64,000 bases of DNA from Bacilli bacterium. GTDB taxonomy: Bacteria > Bacillota_I > Bacilli_A > ML615J-28 > CAG-313. The notes under the pieces were generated by a model. The model worked only from the letters and a program-made list of their open reading frames with translations. It had not been told where the DNA came from and ran no database searches. The stretch covers positions 57,309 to 121,308 of the forward strand of contig JAGBDV010000020.1 in assembly GCA_017937305.1 (NCBI GenBank), in the 5' to 3' direction. A program made the translations under genes and the position numbers. Of this stretch, positions 20,839-28,616 are shown one piece after another (positions within the stretch are counted from its first letter, which is position 1; each line of letters opens with the position of its first letter).

Positions 20839-21066
20839 TTATCTTGCTAAGAATAAATGTTTAAATACTAAACACCAAATAACGTCTAGCCAACCAAATA
20901 GAACACCACCAGGGATTGTTAAGATTGCAAGAATTAAAGATAATAAGCCTTTTCTTTCTGCAAAGTGTCCCCATCTTACACCAAGTTCGATAATCCAGTT
21001 ACAAACAGGGATTAATAGTAAGATAATTTGAACTAGTCTAGGTAATGAGTTAAACCATTTTTTCAT
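20839..21066 (-). CDS. Small two-TM membrane protein, function unknown.
   Basis: ORF with a good hydrophobicity pattern, flanked by a terminator. Confidence 0.4.
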   Translation of the reverse strand: MKKWFNSLPRLVQIILLLIPVCNWIIELGVRWGHFAERKGLLSLILAILTIPGGVLFGWLDVIWCLVFKHLFLAR

Positions 21067-21155
21067 TTTTAAATCCTCCTTGATTTATGGTATTATTATA
21101 ACATAAATTGATAAATTTTGTTGTATTTTTTATAAAAATATTGATTTAATAAGTA

Positions 21156-21908
21156 TTAAACTTTTTTCTTATAAGAATATTTACAAATTAATGTTTTGTT
21201 TGTATTTTTAGGGTTGCTAAAGATTAGTTCTTTAGAAAAATCAAAACTATTAAAAGTAAAGCATAAGTCTAAAAAGTATAAATAAATTCCCATATCAATT
21301 TGATTATAATATTTCATTATTTTAAGAGGAATAAATCCAAATTTTGCAGCTTTATTATTTCTATATACAAATAACTCATTATTTTGGTTTACTATATACC
21401 AAGGTTGTGAATTTACTGCACTTGGGGCAAGGATAACTGAGTTTGAAAATGGTAGTAAATCTCCTTCCCAAGTTTCTTTTAATGGTTTTCTTTTAAATGA
21501 ATTTAAATCGGTTCTAAAGTCGTTTTTTGATACTTTTGCAATACAAATCATTATTACATATTTTAGTCCATCTAAAGAATCAGTTTTAGTTTTACCAAGT
21601 CCGCACCAAAGCGTACCAATATTGTTGGATGTTAAGTAAAGGTCTATTTGCTCACCAATATATCCTATATTTTCTAGATAAAAATTTGTTTCTTCACTAT
21701 AAAATAAAAGACACAATTCAGCTCCAAGTTTACATGAGGTTTGGCTTTCTTTGACAATGTCAACCTTAATTTTAATGTTTTCATCAAGTGGTTTAGCGTT
21801 TTTTATTGCATCATTAACAATTTTTAAATCTTGATTTGTTAGTGGTATAGTATTTTTAAATTTATGAAATGATTTTCTTCTAAATATTTGATTATAAAGA
21901 TCAACCAT
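21156..21908 (-). CDS. Nitroreductase-family protein.
   Basis: IFRRKSFHKF near the N-terminus and APSAVNSQPW (the nitroreductase NxQPW motif). Confidence 0.65.
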   Translation of the reverse strand: MVDLYNQIFRRKSFHKFKNTIPLTNQDLKIVNDAIKNAKPLDENIKIKVDIVKESQTSCKLGAELCLLFYSEETNFYLENIGYIGEQIDLYLTSNNIGTLWCGLGKTKTDSLDGLKYVIMICIAKVSKNDFRTDLNSFKRKPLKETWEGDLLPFSNSVILAPSAVNSQPWYIVNQNNELFVYRNNKAAKFGFIPLKIMKYYNQIDMGIYLYFLDLCFTFNSFDFSKELIFSNPKNTNKTLICKYSYKKKV

Positions 21909-21913
21909 ATTAG

Positions 21914-22516
21914 TTATTCCTTATTAATAATTTTATCAATATTATGAGAAAAATGGATAACTTTAGGATTGTAAGCTAATATGTTATTCCAATCCTTTGT
22001 TAATGTTAAGTTATTTGGGTAAGCTTTAATATATTCATAAGGTTCTAGATCACCAACAAAGCAATTACCATCATCAAGTATTACTGCAATACTGTCTGTG
22101 CTGTGACTATTTGTTTTAATTATTTCTCCATTTATTCCAAGACTTTTTAAAAATGATCTACTCTTGATTGTTGTAATAATTAATGCGTTATTCTCATTTA
22201 TTGGTTTATATCTATTATTAGAATCTCTTTTAAATATTTCATCTGAAAAGTGAATGCTATTTAGCTGGTTGTCAACTAGAAGAAGCTTAATATTAAAATC
22301 CATTAATTCACTGATTAAACCGATATGATCTGGATGGTAATGTGTTGCGGTAACATAATTAATATCAGATACTTTGATATTTGCTTGTTTTATTGCTTTA
22401 AAAAATTCATTTAAAGTACCATAGATGTCTGTATCAATTAGTAAATTACTTTTTTCACCTTTTATTATATAAGTTTTTGTATTTCCATATTGTAGTAAAA
22501 TTATATTATTTTTCAT
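21914..22516 (-). CDS. MBL-fold metallo-hydrolase.
   Basis: TATHYHPDHIG motif. Confidence 0.7.
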   Translation of the reverse strand: MKNNIILLQYGNTKTYIIKGEKSNLLIDTDIYGTLNEFFKAIKQANIKVSDINYVTATHYHPDHIGLISELMDFNIKLLLVDNQLNSIHFSDEIFKRDSNNRYKPINENNALIITTIKSRSFLKSLGINGEIIKTNSHSTDSIAVILDDGNCFVGDLEPYEYIKAYPNNLTLTKDWNNILAYNPKVIHFSHNIDKIINKE

Positions 22517-22587
22517 AATTTCATTTTAACATAAAATAACTTGTTTTACATTTATAATGATTACTTTTTATTTTTTAATAAAAGAAA

Positions 22588-22614
22588 AAAATTGCATCAT
22601 TTAGATGCAAAATC
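22588..22614 (-). terminator. Minus-strand terminator (gcatctaaatgatgc hairpin plus T-run) at the end of the KilA-N remnant.
   Basis: On the minus strand: gcatctaaatgatgc followed by aattttttt. Confidence 0.55.
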
Positions 22615-22635
22615 TTATAAATTAGGCCTTAAAAT

Positions 22636-23026
22636 CTATAACTTAATTTCTGGAGAAGTCCATGAAGCAAATTCTAAAACTATATCCCTATGAGCATATG
22701 ACCCACCATTATATCTACCTGCTTTTACTTTTAGTCCTATAGCATTAGATAATTCAATTCATTTCTTTGGCGAAATTGTAAAAGCATTTTGGCAAGGTTT
22801 ACTTTTAAACCCCTCGAAATCGGTGGGTTTAAAAATTTTCATTATTAATTAATTCCCATAATTTTAAAAACCCAATTGTATCGACTCTTCTAATCCAACT
22901 AGCAATAACCATATTAGTGTCGTCATCATTCCTTATTTTTGCAATATCTGCTAAACTAATATAATCATCCTCATTGATTTGGACAATTGTTATTTCTTTA
23001 TCTTTAACAATTATTTTACTTATAAT
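22636..23026 (-). pseudogene. KilA-N domain protein pseudogene: three consecutive fragments in different frames, no ATG start, premature stops.
   Basis: Minus-strand translation gives ISKIIVKDKEITIVQINEDDYISLADIAKIRNDDDTNMVIASWIRRVDTIGFLKLWELINNENF*, then after a frameshift FKPTDFEGFKSKPCQNAFTISPKK*, then after another frameshift IELSNAIGLKVKAGRYNGGSYAHRDIVLEFASWTSPEIKL*. These are collinear with KilA-N N-terminal domain proteins. Confidence 0.75.
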
Positions 23027-23106
23027 TTATACCTCTTACCACCTATATTATGTAATAAAGTTGATTATTAATCAACTAATTTAACGAGAAAATAAGCCAT
23101 CAATGC

Positions 23107-23130
23107 TGACTTATAGACACATACTAATGC
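23107..23130. repeat. Direct repeat copy 1 (tgacttatagacacatActaatg); candidate distal att site of an integrated remnant.
   Basis: 22/23 nt identical to 24012-24034, which abuts and overlaps the tRNA-Leu 3' end. Confidence 0.6.
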
Positions 23131-23184
23131 CTAACTGCTACTATATCTATCTTTTTATGAGATGTGTGGGACTATAAGTCTTTT

Positions 23185-23448
23185 TTAAAATTTCTTTAAT
23201 ATGTCATGGTGACCGATATCAACTAAAATAATTAGTTCTTCATGTTCAAAATACCATATAATTCTTATATCCATATTAATGCTACTTTCATAAAGATCTT
23301 TTTGACCTTTTATCTTTTTTGTTCTTAATGATGGATGTAATACATTTTCCACAAACAACTTCATTTTATTTTGAAACTGAATTTGTTCATTATTAGTAAG
23401 ATTATTAAAAGCTTTTTTAAATCTTTCAGTATATGCTAATTTATACAT
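23185..23448 (-). CDS. Type II toxin, RelE/ParE superfamily.
   Basis: 87 aa with ...RIIWYFEHEELIILVDIGHHD, characteristic of RelE/YoeB-like mRNA interferases. Directly downstream of and 4 nt apart from the antitoxin gene. Confidence 0.65.
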   Translation of the reverse strand: MYKLAYTERFKKAFNNLTNNEQIQFQNKMKLFVENVLHPSLRTKKIKGQKDLYESSINMDIRIIWYFEHEELIILVDIGHHDILKKF

Positions 23449-23451
23449 AAG

Positions 23452-23718
23452 CTATTCCTTACTATCATCTTTAAGACTCTTTAATAAATCATCTACATTA
23501 TTAAATGTATTATATTCGAATTTTACATCCTCCCTCAATACTTGGATTTCTTCTGCTAATTTTAATATATATTCTTTAGGGTATACAGCGACAGGTTCAA
23601 GCTTAATACTACCATTTTCAATTGATGCTTCAAATTTATCTCCTTCTTGTAAATTTAAATTTTTTACAATTTCCTTTGGCAACGTGATTTGTGATTTCTT
23701 TCTTAATTCAATAATCAT
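23452..23718 (-). CDS. Type II antitoxin, AbrB/MazE/SpoVT-type looped-hinge helix DNA-binding domain.
   Basis: 88 aa beginning MIIELRKKSQITLPKEIVKNLNLQEGDKFE (swapped-hairpin AbrB fold motif) with an acidic C-terminal tail. Confidence 0.65.
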   Translation of the reverse strand: MIIELRKKSQITLPKEIVKNLNLQEGDKFEASIENGSIKLEPVAVYPKEYILKLAEEIQVLREDVKFEYNTFNNVDDLLKSLKDDSKE

Positions 23719-24011
23719 AATATCCTCCTTGTTGGAAATTCCTACTTTCCTACTATTATTATATCATACCTAAATAAAATTATCAACTATTTTAAATAAA
23801 AAAAGAATTCAAATCTTATTAACCGACTATTTTTCCAACATCTCTAAAATAACCTTTATTCAAATCCCTTTAATTGAACAAAAACTAACATATTCATAGA
23901 AAATAAAAAAATTGCTCCAAATACGGAACAAAATCTTTTAAATAGGTAAACCTAACAGGTTTTAACCTCTATATTTTCACTATAAACATTATGAATCAAA
24001 GATTCATATTA

Positions 24012-24035
24012 TGACTTATAGACACATTCTAATGG
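24012..24035. repeat. Direct repeat copy 2 (tgacttatagacacatTctaatgg), overlapping the 3' end of tRNA-Leu.
   Basis: See copy 1. An adjacent palindrome atgaatc-aaa-gattcat lies at 23988-24009. Confidence 0.6.
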
Positions 24036-24118
24036 TGCCAGTGGCGGGACTCGAACCCGCACGGTATTGCTACCAAAGGATTTTGAGTCCTTCGCGTCTA
24101 CCATTTCACCACACTGGC
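24033..24118 (-). tRNA. tRNA-Leu (anticodon CAA), 86 nt with encoded CCA.
   Basis: Reverse complement is GCCAGTG...; acceptor stem GCCAGTG/CACTGGC; anticodon loop CU-CAA-AA; long variable arm; T-arm GGTTCGAGTCC. Confidence 0.9.
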
Positions 24119-24240
24119 TTATATTATTATTATATCAAATATTTTAAGTTTTTGCAAGACAATTAAATAAGTAATTACTTTATATAATTATTTGATTGAA
24201 AAAAAAGTCTAAAAATGATAAAATAAGATGAGGTGATTAT

Positions 24241-24648
24241 ATGAATTGTAGTGATTTTCTTATTAGTTTAAAAAATGAATTTAATGTTCTTGGAGTAACT
24301 GATATAGTTATTAAAGATAAAACTTTAATCATTCCAATTGATGAAGAAGAAGGAATGCCAGCTTATAAGATTGCTGCTACAATGATTGAAGAAGGTTACT
24401 TATCAATTTATACTTCTTTTAAACACAACGCAGTGTTAAAAAAAGAACTAGTAGAGTTATTAAAAGTTATTAATACATTTAATGAGCAATCATTCTTAAA
24501 GTTTATTTTAATGAAAGAGTTTATTAAAGTTGAATATAACATTGCTGAATTAGATAAAGAAGATGTTTTGAAAGTTATTAGAATAATTTCAATAATACCT
24601 AATATTTTATTTGAATTTTATAAAGATTTAGTTAAGTATATAGCTTAA
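24241..24648 (+). CDS. Hypothetical cytoplasmic protein (135 aa).
   Basis: ORF with an RBS. No motif recognised. Confidence 0.4.
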   Translation: MNCSDFLISLKNEFNVLGVTDIVIKDKTLIIPIDEEEGMPAYKIAATMIEEGYLSIYTSFKHNAVLKKELVELLKVINTFNEQSFLKFILMKEFIKVEYNIAELDKEDVLKVIRIISIIPNILFEFYKDLVKYIA

Positions 24649-24663
24649 TAAATGGAGATAAAT

Positions 24664-25896
24664 ATGAAAAAAAAGAAAAAGGAAAATTTAAAACCTAATG
24701 GTTTTGCGTGGCTTGTTTATCGAACTTACTCAGCTATTGCAATGAAATTAAAGTTTAATGTGAAATATGATCGTAGTGAATTCAATAACCGAAATAAAAA
24801 AGAAGGTTGTGTAGTTTTATATAATCATGCATGTAACTATGATCATTTTATTTCAACTGCTTTTTTTAAAAGAACAAAAGTTAATTATGTTATTTCAAAT
24901 CGTTTTATGTTTAATCCTTTAATTAGGTTTGTTTTAGGACTTGTTAAAGCAATTCATCGTGATCAATTTAAAAATGATACAACTTCTATTCTTAAGATGA
25001 AAAGAGTAATTGAACGTGGTGGTATTATTGCAATAGCACCTGCTGGACAAGTATCTATTCATGGAAATATGCCATATATTAATCCTGTAATAGTGAAGCT
25101 ACTTAAAATGTGTAAAGCTGATGTTTATACTTTACAAACAACAGGGTCATATCTTGCTGCTCCAAAATGGTGTTTATCGAAGCGTAAGTATCCAATAAGT
25201 GTTAAATGTGTGAAAACTTTATCTAAGGAAGAAATTAAATCTTTTGATACAGACACATTATATTATAAGATTATAAACGATTTAAATATGTGTGATAGAG
25301 TTTATCAGCAAGTTGCAAAAATTGAAATTAAAGGTAAAAATTTGACAAATGGTTTAGAAAATATTTTGTTTATTTGTCCTAAATGTGAAAAAAAATATTC
25401 ATTTGAAAGTATTAATAATACTTTAAAATGTAATTGTTGTGGTAATACTGTAATTTATAATAAATATGGTTTCTTAGAAAAAGAGTCTGATTCTGATGTT
25501 ATTTTAAAAGATGAAGCATTGTGGTGTGAATATCAGAAACATCAAATTATGGGACTAATTAAAGCCAATAATTATCATTTTGAATCAAATGTATCTTTTT
25601 ATTCTAACCCCAATAAAGAGTTTAAATTAGAACTAGTAGGACGTGGAAAGTTAATTTTTGATAATGATTCTTTAAAATATATTGGTACATATTTAGATAA
25701 AAAGATAGTTAAAGAATTTAATTTAAAAATTTTATCACAATTTCCTTTTTCACCAAATGTAAGATTTAATATTCCAGATGATGAAGGAATGCTTGAATTT
25801 GTTCCTGATAATAAACAAGAAGTATTTGAATGGGCTACCTTAATTGATGCTTATCATACTTTAAAAGTAGAGGAAAAAGAAGATGCCGCAAGTTAA
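24664..25896 (+). CDS. Lysophospholipid/1-acyl-glycerol-3-phosphate acyltransferase (PlsC/LPLAT family) with C-terminal zinc-ribbon.
   Basis: HX4D motif (YNHACNYDH), PAGQ acyltransferase motif, CPKC...CNCC ribbon. ATG 24664 has GGAG at 6-nt spacing; the tracked 24652 ATG lies inside the RBS. Confidence 0.65.
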   Translation: MKKKKKENLKPNGFAWLVYRTYSAIAMKLKFNVKYDRSEFNNRNKKEGCVVLYNHACNYDHFISTAFFKRTKVNYVISNRFMFNPLIRFVLGLVKAIHRDQFKNDTTSILKMKRVIERGGIIAIAPAGQVSIHGNMPYINPVIVKLLKMCKADVYTLQTTGSYLAAPKWCLSKRKYPISVKCVKTLSKEEIKSFDTDTLYYKIINDLNMCDRVYQQVAKIEIKGKNLTNGLENILFICPKCEKKYSFESINNTLKCNCCGNTVIYNKYGFLEKESDSDVILKDEALWCEYQKHQIMGLIKANNYHFESNVSFYSNPNKEFKLELVGRGKLIFDNDSLKYIGTYLDKKIVKEFNLKILSQFPFSPNVRFNIPDDEGMLEFVPDNKQEVFEWATLIDAYHTLKVEEKEDAAS

Positions 25897-27223
25897 AACA
25901 AAAGTTGAAAAGTATAATAATGATTTAAAAGGGGTAATTTCTTATAATAATAAAGAATATGCCATTGATAATTTAATTGTTGGTGAAGAAGTAGAACTAG
26001 ACATTTCTAAAGATCAAAGTAGAGTTAACTTAAAAAAAGTATTAAAAGAATCTTCTAATAGGGTTAAACCTGAATGTGGAATATATAATAAGTGTGGTGG
26101 GTGTAGTTTACTTCATATTAAATATCAAGAACAATTAAACATAAAGACTGCTTTTGTAGAAAATTTATTTTTTGAAACATTTAATAAATATTATAAAGTT
26201 AATGACTGTCTTGGAATGAAAGAACCTTGGCATTACAGAAATAAAAATCAAATAGTATTTAAGAATGTTAAAGGTGGTAAATCACGTATTGCAAGTGGTT
26301 TTTATGAAGTTTCATCACATAATCTAGTTGAATTTGAAACATGTAAAGTTCAAGATGAATTGAGTGATAAAATCGTAGGTATCATTAAAGAATTAATGAT
26401 TAAAATGCGTTATAATGCATTTGATGAAGATAGGGGTACAGGACTTATTAGACATGTCTTAATTAAAAGAAGTGCATCAACTAAAGAAGTAATGGTTGTT
26501 ATTGTAACAGGTTCTGAAATTTTTCCTGGATGTCAAAATTTTGTAAAAGCACTTACTTCTAGATGTAAAGATATTACAACTATTATTCAAAATGTAAATA
26601 ATAGAAAAACAAGTGCTGTACTTGGTGATAAAGAAAAAGTATTGTATGGTAAAGGATTTATTACTGATATTTTACTTGGGAAAAAGTTTAAAATATCAGC
26701 TAAATCTTTTTATCAAATTAATTCTTCACAATGTGAAGTATTATATACTAAAGCTTTAGAACTTGCAAACTTATCAAAAACTGATATTTTATTTGATGCA
26801 TACTCAGGTGTTGGAACAATTGGTCTTATTGCAAGTGATAAAGTAAATAAAGTAATAAGTGTTGAACTTGTAAAAGATGCCGTTAGTGATGCTATTCAAA
26901 ATGCTAAAATGAATAATATCAAAAATGTTCATTTTTTCTGTGATGATGCATCTAACTTTATGAAAAATATGGCTGTTAAGAAAGAAAAAGTAGATGTTTT
27001 AATTATGGACCCTCCAAGAAAAGGTTCAGATGAACGTTTCTTAAATGCTGCAATTAAACTATCTCCAAAGAAAATAGTTTATATTTCATGTGACCCAAGA
27101 ACACAAGTAATTGATTTAAAACATTTATTATCTAATGGTTATCAAATAACAGCAATTCAACCAGTTGATATGTTTCCACACACAAGTCATATCGAAAATA
27201 TCGTGTGTTTGATTAGAAAGTAA
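25883..27223 (+). CDS. rlmD: 23S rRNA (uracil-C5)-methyltransferase RlmD/RumA family (TRAM + 4Fe-4S + SAM MTase).
   Basis: N-terminal TRAM domain; Cys cluster CGIYNKCGGC; SAM motif DAYSGVGTIG; MDPPRKG; C-terminal catalytic Cys (SCDP). Confidence 0.8.
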   Translation: MPQVKTKVEKYNNDLKGVISYNNKEYAIDNLIVGEEVELDISKDQSRVNLKKVLKESSNRVKPECGIYNKCGGCSLLHIKYQEQLNIKTAFVENLFFETFNKYYKVNDCLGMKEPWHYRNKNQIVFKNVKGGKSRIASGFYEVSSHNLVEFETCKVQDELSDKIVGIIKELMIKMRYNAFDEDRGTGLIRHVLIKRSASTKEVMVVIVTGSEIFPGCQNFVKALTSRCKDITTIIQNVNNRKTSAVLGDKEKVLYGKGFITDILLGKKFKISAKSFYQINSSQCEVLYTKALELANLSKTDILFDAYSGVGTIGLIASDKVNKVISVELVKDAVSDAIQNAKMNNIKNVHFFCDDASNFMKNMAVKKEKVDVLIMDPPRKGSDERFLNAAIKLSPKKIVYISCDPRTQVIDLKHLLSNGYQITAIQPVDMFPHTSHIENIVCLIRK

Positions 27224-27232
27224 GGTGAAGTT

Positions 27233-27871
27233 ATGAATAAATATGAAGGAATAAATTTTGAAAAAGAATTACCAGAGGGATATAAACAAGCATTATATAT
27301 TAATGCTAAAAGTGTTAAGATGGGGTTATTAATGAATTTTATTGCGTTAATAGTACTAATAATAGTTATGGTGCTAGCTTTTTTATCTTTAAAATTATAC
27401 GATCAACCATTAATGAAAAAACTTAATAATGATGATGTTGAATATCATATATCATTTATAAGTCCGTTTATATTTCTTTTTTCCATGATTGCGTATATTG
27501 TTTTACATGAATTAGTTCATGGTATTGCATACAAGAAATTAACAAATGAAAAATTAACATTTGGTCTTAGCTGGAGTTGTGCTTTTTGTGGTGTACCTAA
27601 TATTTACACCTACCGTAAAACTGCAATAATTTCAGTTCTTGCTCCATTCGTGTTTTTTTCCATTGTTTTCATAATTATACTTGTTATATTATATTTTGTT
27701 AATCCTATTTATTATTTAATGGCCGCATTTATATTTGGACTACATGTTGGTGGATGTAGTGGGGATTTATATGTTTATATTTTATTTAAAACAAAATTTA
27801 AAAATAAAAATACTCTTATGAGAGATACTGGTCCAGAACAATTTTTCTATATCAAAGAAGATAATAATTAA
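27233..27871 (+). CDS. DUF3267-family putative membrane zincin-like protein.
   Basis: HELVHG motif within a polytopic membrane protein. Confidence 0.5.
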   Translation: MNKYEGINFEKELPEGYKQALYINAKSVKMGLLMNFIALIVLIIVMVLAFLSLKLYDQPLMKKLNNDDVEYHISFISPFIFLFSMIAYIVLHELVHGIAYKKLTNEKLTFGLSWSCAFCGVPNIYTYRKTAIISVLAPFVFFSIVFIIILVILYFVNPIYYLMAAFIFGLHVGGCSGDLYVYILFKTKFKNKNTLMRDTGPEQFFYIKEDNN

Positions 27872-27911
27872 TTTTTAAATATATTGTAAAGTTGTTGGAA
27901 TTTGTTATTAC

Positions 27912-28616
27912 ATGGTGTTTAAAATTAGATTAATAGAAGAAAAAGATAATTTAGAAATAGAAAAAATTATTCGTGATTGTTTAATAGAATATGGAGTTAA
28001 TCATGAAGGTACCGCATGGCCCGATGAATTCTTATGTAGATTATCTTTTGTTTATAGTGAGCCTAAAACTGCTTATTATGTGGCAGTTGATGAAAATGAA
28101 AATATTGTTGGTGGATGTGGTGTTGGGAAAATTGAAGGAGTAGAAAACACTTGTGAACTACAAAAAATGTATTGTATAAAAAGTGTTAGAAATACCACTG
28201 TTTTAAAACAATTACTTGATGCATGCTTAAGTTTTGCGAAGAAATATTATAATTCTGTGTATTTAGAAATTCTTGAAAATAGGGATGATGAAAAGGAATT
28301 TTTTGAAAAAAATGGGTTTAAGAAAACTAATGAAAGACTTGGTGATACAGGAAATAATAATAATGCGTCTTATTTATTAAAATTTAAGACAGTAGGTTTT
28401 TTAGAAGAGTTTTTTGGAGAATTTTTTGTAGAATTAATTGGTATAATAATTTGTTTTGTTGCGGGGATTTTTATTTGTTCATTATTTCCTAAAAAATGTC
28501 AAGAAGAATTAGATATTGAAGGTATAATTGGAATAGGTGGCGGAGGCCTTTTAATTTTTGGATTATTATTAGGGGCAATTGTTTATTTATTTAAACGCAG
28601 AAAGGATAAAAAATAA
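27912..28616 (+). CDS. GNAT N-acetyltransferase with C-terminal TM anchor.
   Basis: GNAT motif A region (VGGCGVGK..). Two C-terminal TM helices. Confidence 0.55.
   Translation: MVFKIRLIEEKDNLEIEKIIRDCLIEYGVNHEGTAWPDEFLCRLSFVYSEPKTAYYVAVDENENIVGGCGVGKIEGVENTCELQKMYCIKSVRNTTVLKQLLDACLSFAKKYYNSVYLEILENRDDEKEFFEKNGFKKTNERLGDTGNNNNASYLLKFKTVGFLEEFFGEFFVELIGIIICFVAGIFICSLFPKKCQEELDIEGIIGIGGGGLLIFGLLLGAIVYLFKRRKDKK

Noticed and set aside
24652-24663. Upstream ATG 24652 (MEIN...) as the PlsC-like start, and GTG/alternate starts given by the ORF track for map (7646), ABC gene (10231), msrA (45460), pyrF (54113), GntR (38899), lipoprotein (41399) and the McrB-like gene (62060).
   Set aside because: Each has a downstream ATG with a properly spaced GGAG-type RBS. 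The tracked upstream starts lie inside the RBS or the preceding gene.
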